64,000 nucleotides of DNA, taken from positions 1-64,000 of the forward strand of contig BROI01000010.1 of NCBI GenBank assembly GCA_027923505.1, in the 5' to 3' direction. This DNA is from Mayamaea pseudoterrestris (taxonomy: Eukaryota). This document shows positions 46,701 through 60,500 of the stretch, in pieces; positions within the stretch are counted from its first letter, which is position 1; every line of letters begins with the position of its first letter. Both the position numbers and the translations under genes were made by a program. Below the pieces are notes generated by a model. The model made no database searches, was not told the origin of the DNA, and saw only the letters and a program-made list of their open reading frames with translations.

Positions 46701-46976
46701 TGTATTAGAGACAATGACTTTTGATTGTTGCATCAATTGTTGCAGACATCTGCTAGAAGTTATTCTGATTCTATGTATAGCTTGCATCGTGGCTGTATGT
46801 CACTGGTAATTATTGCTTGTAATCAGGGTGCGTAAGAACGGGCGGCTGATGAGCACTCATTTTTGCGTGGCCATGGTCAAGTTGTTGTCATTGTTCATGC
46901 GATTGAATACCGTTCCAACCATCAGCTATGTTATACAAATGCTAATACCTAGCGTTATGCGTTTGTCCAAAGCAAG

Positions 46977-47356
46977 CCAGAATGGTGTCAACATCCGTAT
47001 CTAAGGTGCGGTACAAGATGCAAATTGCCTGGCTGGTGTCTCAGTAGATTGCAATGTGACAGCTGAGAATTTGTCCTCAGTCCCAGCCCAGATATGCCTT
47101 GACATTCAAACGCCCATACATCAAGCCACATAGATGCCCAAATCACCCAAGGATGGTGCCAACAAGGTATTTCAGTAGACTGCATAGTGACGGTTGAGAA
47201 TTAACGCCAGTCTCAGTCTGCAGATGTCTTGACATTCAAGTGCCCCATCATCAAGCCATGTAGATGCCTGAATATACCAGGCCATTTCTACACCTGAATC
47301 ACCCAGCAATAGTGACAGCACCATTGTTCACTCTGCGCTACCAGATAGAATGCCTG
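46977..47356 (+). repeat. Two to three degenerate satellite-1 units in plus orientation
   Basis: CCAGAATGGTGTCAACATC, TACAAGATG, GGCTGGTGTCTCAG and GACATTCAAACGCCC are recognisable, but the central palindrome is destroyed. Confidence 0.75.
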
Positions 47357-48248
47357 GAGATTGGTGCAAAATTAAACTTCCTTAGCTGTTTCCTCGAAGC
47401 TACTCGTATGGTATGGGAGGGCAGTTCAGACATCCACACAGGAACCAGCTCCATGGTGCTACAGTGCATGGCCTTTCAAATCGAACCCCAATTGTGGTCT
47501 CGCTCCATCAATCCCATTTGGCTGTGCTTGGGGACATGCTTGCGGTGAGATTGGTGCAAAAAAATCATCCATAGCTGATTCAAAGCAGCTATGGTATTGG
47601 AGGGCAATCCAGCCATCCACACAGGTACCAGCTCCATGGTGCTACAGTGCATGGCCTTCCAGACCTCCCCCCCATTGTAGTCTCCCTCCATCAATACCAA
47701 TTGGCTATGCTTGGGGACATGCTTGCGGTGAGATTGGTGCATAAAAATTTTCCATAGCGGATTCCTAGCAACAATGGTTTGGGAGGGCAATCCAGCCATC
47801 CACACAGGTACCAGCTCCATGGTGCTACAATGCATGGCCTTCCAAATCTACCCCCAATTGCAGTCTTGCTCCATCAATCCTGTTTGGCTATGCTTGGGGA
47901 CATGCTTGCTGTGAGTTTGGTGCATAAAAATTCTTCCATAGCGGATTCCTAGCAGCAATGGTATGGGAGGGCAATCCAGATACCTACACAGGTACCAGCT
48001 CCATGGTGCTACAGTGCATGGGCTTTTTAAATCTACCCCCAATTGTAGTCTTGCTTCATCAATCCCGTATGACTATGCTTGGGGTCATGCTTGCGGTGAT
48101 ATTGGTGCAAAACAATTATCCATAGCTGATTCCTAGCAGCTATGGTATGGGAGGGCAATCCAGACATCCACACAGGAACGAGCTCCATGGTGCTACAAGG
48201 CATGGCCTTCCAAATCTACCCCCAATTGTAGTCTTGCTCCATCAATCC
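47357..48248. repeat. Satellite 2: ~5 tandem copies of a 183-184 bp unit
   Basis: GCTCCATGGTGCTAC recurs at 47448, 47631, 47814, 47998 and 48182. Confidence 0.95.
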
Positions 48249-51200
48249 TGAGACTGGTGACAAGTTGTCACCAAATACATTGCCATCCCCTGAGACACCA
48301 GCCAAGCCTACCATCTTGTAGCGCAGCCTGAATAATGATGTTGGCACCATTCTGGTGAATTTTGGGCACCTACAGGGCTTGCTGTAGTGGCGTTTGAATG
48401 TCCCAGCATCTGCGGGCTGAGACTGGTGACAAGTTGTCACCAAATACATTGCCATCCCCTGAGACACCATCCAAGCCTACCATCTTGTAGCGCAGCCTGT
48501 ATAATGATGTTGGCACCATTCTGGTGTATTTTGGGCACCTACAGGGCTTGCTGTAGGGGCGTTTGAATGTCCCGGCATCTGCGGGCTGAGACCGGTGACA
48601 AGTTGTCACCAAATACATGGCCATCCCCTCAGACACCAGCCAAGCCTACCATCTTGTAGCGCAGCTTGATAATGATTTGGGCACCATTCTGGTGTATTTT
48701 GGGCACCTACAGGGCTTGCTGTAGGGGCGTTTGAATGTCCCGGCATCTGCGGGCTGAGACTGGTGACAAGTTGTCACCAAATACATTGCCATCCCCTGAG
48801 ACACCAGCCAAGCCTACCATCTTGTAGCGCAGCCTGAATAATGATGTTGGCACCATTCTGGTGTGATTTGGGTGTACACATGGCTTGCTGTAGGGGCGTT
48901 TGAATGTCAAGGCATCTGCGGGCTGAGACTGGTGACAAGTTGTCACCAAAGCCAAGCCTACCATCTTGTAGCGCAGCCTGAATAATGATGTTGGCACCAT
49001 TCTGGTGTGATTTGGGTGTACACATGGCTTGCTGTAGGGGCGTTTGAATGTCAAGGCATCTGCGGGCTGAGACTGGTGACAAGTTGTCACCAATATCATT
49101 ACCGTCCCCTGAGACACTAGCCAGGTATACCATCTTGTAGCGCAGCCTGAATAATGATGTTGGCACCATTCTGGTGTATTTTGAGCACCTACAGGGCTTA
49201 CTGAAGGGGCGTTTGAATGTCACGGCATCTGCGGGCTGAGACTGGTGACAAGCTGTCACCAATATCATTGCTGTCCCCTGAGACACTAGCCAGGCATACC
49301 ATCTTGTAGCGCAGCTTGAATAATGATGTTGGCAATTTTCTGGTGACATTTGGGTATACACATGGCCTGCTGTAGGGGCGTTTGAATGCCACGGCATCTG
49401 CGGGCTGAGACTGGTGACAAGTTGTCACCAATATCATTGCCATCCCCTGAGACACTAGCCAGGTATACCATCTTGTTGCGCAGCCTGGATAATGATGTTG
49501 GCACAATTCTGGTGTCATTTGGGTGTATACATGGCCTGCTGTAGGGCGTTGAATCCGCATGCGGGCTGACACCACCCCGAAAATGTTGTGTTCTGTTGTT
49601 TTTTGCACACAGGCTGCAAGTGAGGCTGAGACTGGTGACAAGTTGTCACCAATATCATCCCCTGAGACACTAGCCAAGCATACCATCTTGTAGCGCAGCC
49701 TGAATAATGATGTTGGCACCATTCTGGTGTCATTTTGGGTACTATTCATGGCCTGCTGTGGGGCGTTTGAATGTCCCGGCATCCGCACTGAGACTGGTGA
49801 CAAGTTGTCACCAATGTCATTGCTATCCCCTGAGACACTAGCCAGGCCTACCATCTTGTGGCGCAGCCTGAATAATGATGTTGGCAATTCTGGTGTCATT
49901 TGGGTTTACCTACATGGCCTGCTGTAGGGGTGTTTGAACGTCCCGGCTCTGCGGGCTGAGACTGGTGACAAGTTGTCACCAATATCATTGCTGTCCCCTG
50001 AGACACCAGCCAAGCATACCATCTTGTTGCCCAGCCTGTAATGTTGGCACATTTCGGTGTGGTGTTCTGGCCCCTTGTAGGGCGTTTGAATTCACGGCAT
50101 CTGCAGGCTGAGACTGGTGACAAGTTGTCACCAATATCGTTACCGTCCCCTGAGCACTAGCCCAGGCATACCATCTTGTAGCGCAGCCTGAATAATGATG
50201 TTGGCAATATTCTTGTATTTTGGGCACCCCCAGGCCGCTGTATGGGCGGTTGAAGTAGCGCGGCATCGGCTGAGACGTGATAAGTTGTCACCAATATCAT
50301 TCCCGTCCCCTGAGACACCGCCAGGCAGGCATACCATCTTGTAGCCTGAATAATGATGTTGCACCATTCTGGTGTCATTTGGGTGTCATCTGCGGCCTGC
50401 TGTTAGGGCGTTTTGAATGTATCACGGCATCTGCAGGCTGGGAACCCCGGTGACAAGTTGTCACCAATATCTCGTTCCTGAGCACTAGTTTGGCATACCA
50501 TCTTGTTGCGCAGCCTGAATATGATGTTGGCACCATTCTGGTGTCATTTGGAGTGTATACATGGCCTGCTGTAGGGGCATTTGAATGTATCTGCAGACTG
50601 AGACTGGTGACAAGTTGTCACCAATATCATTGCAGTCCCCTGAGACACTAGCCAGGCATACCATCTTGTTGTGGCTAGCCAGAAGGTTTGTGTTCGACGG
50701 CATCTGAAGGCTGAGACTGAGTGACAAGTTGTCACCAATGTTTGCTGTCCCTGAGACACTAGCCAGGCATACCATCTTGTTGCGAGCCTGAATAATGGGC
50801 ACCAATCTGGTGTCATTTGTACGCCTGCTGTAGGGGCATTTGAATCGCGGCATCTGCAGGCTGAGACGACAAGTTGTCCAATATGTCCCTGGACACTAGC
50901 CAGGCATACCATCTTGTAGCGCAGCCTGGATAATGATGTTGGCCTGTTCTGGTGTCATTGGGTGTATAAATGTGTCACTGCTGTGGGGCGTTTTGAATGT
51001 CGGCATCTGCGGGCTGAGACTGGTGACAAGTTGTCACCAATATCATTGCTGTCCCCTGAGACACTAGCCAGGCACACCATCTTGGCGCAGCCTGGATAAT
51101 GATGTTGGCACAATTCTGGAAGTATCATTTGGTTGTATACACATGGCCTGCTGTAGGGGCATTTAGATATGTGACGCTGCAGGACTGGGGCTGGTGACAA

Positions 51201-51465
51201 GTTGTCCAATTGCTGCCTGAGACATAGCCAGGCATACCTCATCTTGTAGCGCAGCTGGATAATGATGTTGGCACAATTCTGGTATCATTTGGTTGTATGC
51301 GCAGCGCACTGCCTTGGAGGCGTTTGAATGTCACGGCATCTACGGGCTGAGACTGAGTGACAAGTTGTCACCAAAACCGTGCCATGCCCTCGAGACACCA
51401 GCCAAGCCTGCCATCTTGTGGCGCAGCCTAAAAAATGATGTTAGCACCATTCTGTCATTTGGGTG
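48248..51465 (-). repeat. Satellite 1 array in inverted orientation, roughly 19-20 units
   Basis: Reverse complement of the 2803-5145 unit (CTGAGACTGGTGACAAGTTGTCACCA...). Increasingly divergent and indel-rich to the right. Confidence 0.95.
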
Positions 51466-51589
51466 GGCCTGTTGAGAGTGTTAGGGTTAAGGTGGCGGTG
51501 GGCGGGTGTGTGGTTAGGGGTGTTGGGTGTCACACCGCTTTGGTGTCTCCAGGTGTTGCCCTGTCGGTGTTGCCTCGCCGTTTTGCCGT

Positions 51590-54500
51590 TTCCATTGTCA
51601 TGGCCACACCCTGGGCATGTTTTGCCCTGACTCATTGGGTGGTTGGGTGGCCAAAGCATGGGGGCATTGTAGTGGTATGATTCCATAATTTGGGGTGTTG
51701 CCCCACCCATCTTGTGGACCATTCCATGCTGTGGGCCTCCGCGGCTCAAGTGATCCGTTTTGTACCATTTCCAGCCATCCTCATGTCAATGGCACCCTGG
51801 ACATGTGTCGCATTACTAATTGGGTTGTTGGGTGATCAGGGGATGGGGGCATTGTCAGTCGGTATGATTCCATATGGTGTTCCACTCTCATTTTGCTTGG
51901 TGGTGTGGGCCTCCAGGCAGTCTTTTCCTTCAGCCCGTCCTCCACTGTATTGGCCCTTGGACATGTTTTGCCCTGGCCACTCATTGGGTTGTTGGGTGGC
52001 CAGGGCATGGGGCATTGCAGTGGTATGATTCCCTAATTTGGGGTGTTGGCCACACCCTCTTGTGCCATTCCACCTTGGCCTCAGGCAGTCCGTTTTGTAC
52101 CATGTCAGACCATCCTCATGTCAATGGCCCCTGGACATGTTTTGCATCGACTCATTGGGTTGTTGGTGATCGGCGAGACCGGGGCGGTGTAGTGGTATGA
52201 TTCCATAATTTGGGGTATTGGTGCTGCCTCCAGGCAGTCCGTTTTGCACCATTTCAGCCATCGTCTTGTCATGGCACACCCTGGACATGTTTTGCTTGTA
52301 ACCTCATTGGTTGTTGGGGCCAGGGCATGGGCTGTAGTGTATGATTCCGATCTGGGTGTTGGCCACACCCATCTTGTAGACCCCATGCTGTAGGCCTCCA
52401 GGCAGTCCGTTTTTGTACCTAGCCATCCTCATGTCAATGGCACACCCTGGACATGTTTTGCCTGACTCTTTGGGTTGTTGGGTGGGCCATGGCAAGGGGG
52501 CATTGTGGGTTTCTGGGGTCCCTCTTCTGGCCTCCAGCAGTCCGTTTTGTACATGTCCAGCCATCCTCATGTCAATGGCACCTTGGACATGTTTTGCATG
52601 ACTCATTGGGTTGTTGAATTGGTGTTGGGGCGAGGCATTGGCGTGTGGGTATGATTCCATAATTTGGGGTGTTGGGCCACACCCATTTTGCAGATGGTGT
52701 AGGCCTCCAATCAGTCCCGTTTTGCACCATTTCAGCCCATCCTCATGTCAATGGCACACCCTGGACATGTTTTGCCTGACTCATTGGGTGTTGGGTGGCC
52801 AGGGCATGCGTGGTTCTTTGGGGTGTTGGTGCCCATTTGTCGGCCCTTCCTAGGCCTCCAGGCAGTCCGTTTTGTACCATGTCAGCCATCCTCATGTCCA
52901 ATGGCACACCCTGGACATGTTTTGCCGGGCATTGAGGTATGATCCGCAATTGGGGTGTTGGCCACACCCATTTTGCAGATGTAGGCCTCCAGGCAGATCC
53001 GTTTTGCACCATTTCAGCCCATCACTCCTGTCCAATGGCACACCGTGAGACATGTTTTGCCCCTGCTCATTGGGTTGTTGGGTGTGGGCGGGGGCATCGT
53101 AGTGAGTATGATTCCATAATTTGGGGTGTTTGCCACACCCATTTTGCCAGATGGTGTGGGCCTCCAGGCAGTCACGTTTTGCACCATTTCAGCCCATCCT
53201 CATGTCAATGGCACACCCTGGACATGTTTTGCCCGACTCATTGGGTTGTTGGGTGGCTAGGGCATGTGGCATTGTAGTGGTATGATTCCAATTTGGGGGT
53301 GTTGGCCACACCCATCTTGTAGACCATTCCATGCTGTAGGCCTCCAGGCAGTCCGTTTTGTGCCATGTCAGTTCATCCTCCATGTCAATGGCACACCCTG
53401 GACATGTTTTGCATGACTCATTGGAGTTTGTTGGGTGATCAGGGGCAGGGGCATTGTGGTGGTATGATTCCATAATTTGGGGTGTTGGCCACCATTTTGC
53501 AGATGGTGTAGGCTCCAGGCAGTCCGTTTTGCCCATTTCCAGCCATCCTCATGTCATGGCACACCCTGGACATGTTTTGCCTGAAGCTCATTGGGTTTGT
53601 TGGGTGGCCAGGGCATGGGGCATTTGTGTGGTATGATTCCACAATTTTGGGGGTGTTGGCCCACACCCATCTTGTGGACCATTCCATGCTGTGAGGCGCA
53701 CTCCAGGCAGTCCGTTTTTGTACCATGTCCGCATCTGCTGGCACACCACCCCCTCCCCGTGTCTTCTGACTCATTGGGTTCGTTGGTGCCAGCCTGGCAT
53801 GGGGCATTGTCAGTGGTATGATTCCATAATTTGGGGTGTGGCCACACCCATCTTGTGGTTTCATTTCATGCTGTAGGGCTCTGGGGATCCGTTTGCTGCC
53901 ATCCTCATGTCAATGGCACACCTGAACATGTTTACTCATTGGGTTGTTGGGTGATCCTCGGGGACGGGGCATTGTGGTAGGTATGATTCCACATAATTTG
54001 GGGCGTTGGGTGGCCTCCAGGCAATCCGAGCATCCTCTGTCATGGACACCCTGGACATGTTTTGCCTGACTCAGTGGGTTGTTGGGTGGCCAGAACAGAA
54101 GACATTGTAGTGGTATGATTCCATAATTTGGGGTGTTGTCCACACCCATCTTATGTCTGCCACTTAGGCCTCCAGGCAGTCCGTTTGTACCATGTCAGCC
54201 ATCCCTCATGTCAATGGCACACCCCTGGACATATTTTATGACTCATTGGGTTGTTGGGTGATCAGGGACGGGGCATTGTGTGGTATGATTCAAAATTTGG
54301 GGTGTTGGCCACACCCATTTTGCAGATAATTGCCTCCCAGGCAGTCCGTTTGCACCATTTCAGACCATCCTCATGTCAATGGCGGCACACCCCCTGGACA
54401 TGCTTGTCTAACTCATTGGGTTGTTGTGGCCAGGGCATGGGCATTGCTCAGTGGTATGATTCCATAATTTGGGGTGTTGGCCACGCATGCTGTAGACCAT

Positions 54501-57500
54501 TCCATGCTGTGAGCCTCCAGAGCAGTCCAGTTTCATCCATGTCCAGACCATCCTCATGTCAATAGCACCTGGTTTATGTTTGGTTGGTTGGGTGATCAGA
54601 GACGAGGGCATTGTAGTGGTATGGTTCATAATTTGGGGTGTTGGCCACACCCATTTTACGAATGGTGTGAGCCTCCAGGCAGTCCATTTTGCACCATTTC
54701 AGCCCATCCTCATGTCAATGCTTCACCCTGGACATGTTTTGCCTGACTCATTGGGTTGTTGGGTGGCCCGGGGCATGGGGCATTGTAGTGAGTATTCCAT
54801 AATTTGGGGTGTTGGCCACACCCATCATGCCATTCCATGCTGTAGGCCTCCAGGCAGTCCGTTTTGTACCATGCCAGACCATCCCCTCATATCAATGCAC
54901 ACCCTGGACATGTTGCATGGCTCATTGGGTTGTTGGGTGATCAGAGGACGAGGGCATTGTGTGGTATGATTCCGCCAATTTTGGGGTGTTGGCCACACCC
55001 ATTTTGCAGATAGTTGCATAGGCAGTCCGTTTTTGCACCATTTTCCAGCCCATCCTCATGTCAATGGCACCCTGGACATGTTTTTGCTTGACTCATTGGG
55101 TTGTTGGGTGGCCAGGGCAGCAGGGCATTGTAGTGGTATGATTCCATAATTTTGGGGTGTTGGCCACACCCATCTTGTAGACCATTCCATGCTGTAGGCC
55201 TCCAGGCAGTCCGTTTTTTACCATAATGGGCCATTATGTCATGGCACACCCTGGACATGCATTGTTCATTGGGTTGTTGGGTGATCAGGGATGGGGCATT
55301 GTAGTGGTATGATTCCATAATTTGGTGTTGTACACCCATTTTTGCCAGATGGTGTAGTAGGCCTCCCAGGCAGTCCTTCTTGCACCATTTCAGACCATCC
55401 TCATGTCAATGGCATACCCTAAACATGTTTTGCCTGACTCATTGGTTGTTGTGGCCAGGGCATGGGGGCATTGTGGTGGTATGATTCCATAATTTGGGGT
55501 GTTAGCCACACCCATCTTGTAGACCATTCCATGCTGCGGCCTTAGGCAGTCCGTTTTGTACCATGTCAGATCATCCCCTCATGTCAATGGCACACCCTGG
55601 ACATGTTTTGCATGACTCATTGGGTTGTTGGGTGATCAGGGACGGAGCATGTGGTATGGTTATAATTTGGGAGTGTTGGCCACACCCATTTTGCAGATGA
55701 TTGTAGGCCTCCAGGCAGTCCGTTTGCACCATTCAGCCCCATCCTCATGTCATGGCACACCCTGGACATGTTTGCCTGACTCATTGGGTTGTTGGGTGGC
55801 CAATGGGGCATGGGGCATTGTAGTGGTATGATTCCATAATTTTGGGGTGTTGGCCACACCCATCTTGTAGACCATTCCATGCTGTAGGCCTCCAGGCAGT
55901 CCGTTTTTGTACCATGTTAGACCATCACTCATGTCAATGGCACACCCTGGACATGTTTGTGACTCATTGGGTTGTTGGTGATCAGGGGATGGGGCAGCTC
56001 AATAATTAGTATGGTTACATAATTTGGTGTTGGCCACAATTTGCAGATGAATTGTAGGCCTCCCAGGCAGTGTTTTGCACCATTTCAGCCCATCCTCATG
56101 TCAATGGCACACCCTGGACATGTTTTGCCTGACTCATTGGGTTGTTGGGTGGTCAGGGCATAGGGCATTGTAGTGGTATGATTCCATAATTTGGGGTGGT
56201 GGCCACACCCATCTTGTAGACCATTCCATGCTGTAGGCCTCCAGGCAGTCCGTTTTGTACCATGTCAGATGTCTCATGTCAATAGCCCCCTGGACATCTT
56301 GCATGACTCATTGGGTTGTTGGGTGATCAGGGACCAGGGGGCATTGTAGTGGTATGATTCCATAATTTGGGTGTTGGCCACACCCACATTTGTAGATGGT
56401 GTAGGCCTCCAGGCAGTCCGTTTTGTACCATTTAGCCCATCCTCATCAGTATGGCACACCCTGGACATGTTTGCCTGATAATTGGGTTGTTGGGTGGCCA
56501 GAGGCGTGGGGGCATTGTAGTGGTATGATTCCATAATTTGGGGTGTTGGCCACACCCATCTTGTAGACCATTCCATGCTGTAGGCCTAGGCAGTGTTATG
56601 TACCATGTCAGGCCATCTCTGCACAGTGGCACACTGTTTTCTGCATGACTCATTGGGCTGTTGGGTGATCAGGGACGGGGGCATTGTAGTGGTATGATTC
56701 CATAATTTGGGGCGTTGGCCTCATTTTGCAGATGGTGTGGCCTCCAGGCAGTCCTTTGCACCATTTCCTTGAGCCATCCTCATGTCATGGCACACCCTGG
56801 ACATGTTTTGCCTGACTCATTGGGTTGTTGGGTGGCCAGGGCATGGGGCATTGTAGTGGTATGATTCCATAATTTGGGGTGTTGGCCACACCCATCTTGT
56901 AGTTTCATTCCATGCTGTAGGCCTCCAGGCAGTGTTTTGTAATGCCAGACCATCCTCATGTCAATGGCACACCCTGGACATGTTGTGCATGACTCATTGG
57001 CTTGTTGGGTGATCAGAGTTAGGGCATTGTAGTGGTATGATTCCATAATTTGAGGTGTTGGCCACACCCAATTTTGCAGATAGTGTAGGCATCAGGCAGT
57101 CCGTTTTGCACCATTTCAGCCCATCCTCATGTCAATGGCACCTGGACATGTTTTGGACTCATTGGGTTGTTGAATTTGGCCAGGGCATGGGGCATTGTAG
57201 TGGTATGATTCCATAATTTGGGGTGTTGGCCACACCCATCTTGTAGACCATTCCATAGGCCTCCAGGCAGTGTTTTGTACCATGTCAGACTATCACTCAT
57301 GTCAATGGCACACCCCTGGACATGTTTGCATGACTCATTGGATTGTTGGGTGATCAGGGAGCGGGGCATTGTAGTTAATGATTCCATAATTTGGGGTGTT
57401 AGCCACCCATTTGCAGATGGTGTAGGCCTCCCAGGCGATCCGTTTTGCACCATTTCAGCCCATCCTCATGTCAATGGCACACCCTGGACATGTTTGCCTG

Positions 57501-60500
57501 AAACTCATTGGGTTGTTGGGTGTAGGGCATGGGGCATTGTAGTGGTATGATTCCATAATTTGAGATTGTTGGCCACACCCATCTTGTAGACCATTCCATG
57601 CTGTAGGCCTCCAGCTGAGTCAGTTTTAATACCATGTCAGACCATCCTCATGTCAATGGCACACCCTGGACATGTTTTGCATGACTCATTGGGTTGTTGG
57701 GTGATCAGGATGGGGCATTTAATAGTTATGATTCCGCCAATTTGGGGTGTTGGCCACACCCATTTGCAGATGGTGTAGGCCTCCAGGGCCAGTCCGTTTG
57801 CACCATTTCAGCCCATCCTCATGTCCAATGGCACACCTGGACATGTTTGCCTGACCTCATTGGGTTGTTGGGTGGCGGTGTGGGGCATTATGAGTGGTAT
57901 GATTCCATAATTTGCAGGTGTGGCCTTTATCTGCCAATTCCATGCTGTAGGCCTAGGCAGTCGTTTTGTACCATAATCAGCATCCTCATGTCAAGGCACA
58001 CCTGGACATGTTTGCATGACTCATTGGGTTGTTGGGTGATCAAGGGACGGAGACATTGTAATTAGGTATGATTCCATAATTTGGGGCGTTGGCCACACCC
58101 ATTTTGCAGATGGTGTGGGTTTGTTGGTGGCCAGGGCATGGGGCATAGTAGTATGATTCCCTAATTTGAGGTGTTGGCCACACCATCTTGTGAACCATTC
58201 TGGCCCCCAGGCAGTCGTGTTTGTACCGTGTCAGACCATCCTCTTGTCATTGGCACACCCTGGACATGTTTACTCATTGGGTTGTTGGGTGATCAAGGGG
58301 ACGGGGCATTGTAGTGGTATTCCATAATTTGCGGGTGTTGGCCACACCCATTTTTGCAGAATGGTGTAGGCCTTCCTGAGCAGTCCGTTTTGTACCATTT
58401 CAGCCCATCCTCATGTCAATGGCACACCTGGTCATGTTTTGCCTGACTCATTGGGTTGTTGGGTGGCCAGGGCATGGGCACTGTAGTGGTATGATTCCAT
58501 AATTTGGGGTGTTAGGCCACACCCATCTTGGGACCATTCCATGCTGTAGGCCTGTAGTCCGTTTTGCATGTCAGGCCATCCTCGCCATCAGTGGCACACC
58601 CTGGACATGTTTTTCATTGGGTTGTTGGGTGATCAGGGGGCGGGGCATTGTAGTTATGTTCCCATAATTTGGGGTGTTGGCCACACCCATTTTGTAGATG
58701 GTGTAGGCCTCTAGGCGGTCCGTTTTTTCTTCCAGCCCATCTCATGTCAACGGCACACCCTGGACATTTTGCCTGACTCATTGGGTTGTTGGGGGGCCAG
58801 GGCATGCGAGGCATTGTGTGGTATGATTCCACAATTTGGGGTGTTGGCCCACACCCATCTTGTGGACCATTCCTGTCTTCTGTGGCTCCAGAGCAGTCGT
58901 TTTGTCATGTCAGACCTCCCTCTAATGGCACACCCTGGACATGTTTTGCACTCATTGGGTTGTTGGGTGTGTCAGGGGGGGCGGGGCATTCGTAGTCAGG
59001 TATCGATTCCTTAGTTTGGGTGTTGGCCCACCCATTTTGCAGATGGTGTAGGCCTCCAGTCGGTCCGTTTTGCACTATTTCAGCCCATCCTCCTTGTCAA
59101 TGGCACACCCTGGACATGTTTTGCCATCATTGGTTTGTTGGGTGGCCCGGGGCGCAGGGGCATTGTGTGGTATGATTCACATAATTGGGGTGTTGGCCAC
59201 ACCCATCGCCTTGCCGTGTATTCCATGCTGTAGGCCTCTAGGCAGTCCGTTTTGTACCATGTGAGACCATCCTGTGTCATGGCACACCCTGGACATGTTT
59301 TGCACTGACTTGTGGTTGTTGGGTGATCAGGAGACGGGGCATTGTGTGGTATGGTTCCATATTGGGGTGTTGGCCGCCCCTTGCAGATGGTGTGGGCCCC
59401 TCCAGGCAGTCCGTTTTTACTGGCCTCTGGCCCATCCCTCTGTCAGCATGCACCCTGGACATGTTTTGCCTGACTCATTGGGTTGTTGGTGGCTTCAGGG
59501 GCATGAGGGCATTGTGTGGTATGATTCCATAATTTGGGGTGTTGGCCACACCCATGCTTGTGGACCATTCCCTCGCTGCTGTCGGCCTCCCGGGCAGTCC
59601 GTTTTTGTACACCATGTCAGATATCCTCATGTCAATGGCACACCCTGGACTGTTTTGCATGACTCATTGGGTTGTTGGGTGATCAGGGGCGGGGCATTGT
59701 GTGAGTCATGATTCCGCATTTGGGGTGTTGGCCACCCATTTTGCAGATGGTGTGGGCCTCCAGGCGGTCCGTTTTGCACCATTTCAGCCCATCACTCATG
59801 TCCATACGGCCCCTGGACATGTTTTGCCTGACTCATTGGGTTGTTGGTGGCCAGGGCATGGGGCATTTGTGTGGTCTGTTCCATAATTTGGGGTGTTGGC
59901 CGCCCCATCTTTGGACCTTCTGACTGTAGGCCTCCAGGCAGTCCGTTTTGTACCATGTCAGACCATCCTCACAATGGCTTTCACCCTGGACATGTTTGCA
60001 TGACTCATTGGGTTGTTGGTGATCAAAGGGGATGGGGCATTGTAGTGGTATGATTCATAATTTGGAGGTGTTGGCCACACCCATTTTGCAGATGGTGTGG
60101 GCCTCCGGGCGATCGTCTTTTGCACCATTTCCAGCCCATCCGTGCCCTCCCACTCATTGCGGGTTGTTGTTGGCCAGGGCATGGGGCATTCTGGTGGTAT
60201 GATTCCATAATTTGGGGTGTTGGCCACACCCATCTTGACCATTCCATGCTGTAGGCCTCCAGGCAGTTGTTCATGTCAGCCATCCTCATGTCAATGGCAC
60301 ACCCTGGACTGTGTTTGCATGACTCATTGGGTTGGGTGATCAGGGGAACGGGAGCATGTAATTAGGTATGATTCCATAATTTGGGGTGTTGGCCACCCAC
60401 TCCTTTTTGAAAGATGGTGTAGGCCTCGGGCAGTCCGTTTTGCCTGCCATTTCCAGCCCATCCTCTTGTCATCACACCCTGGACATGTTTTTGCCTGACT

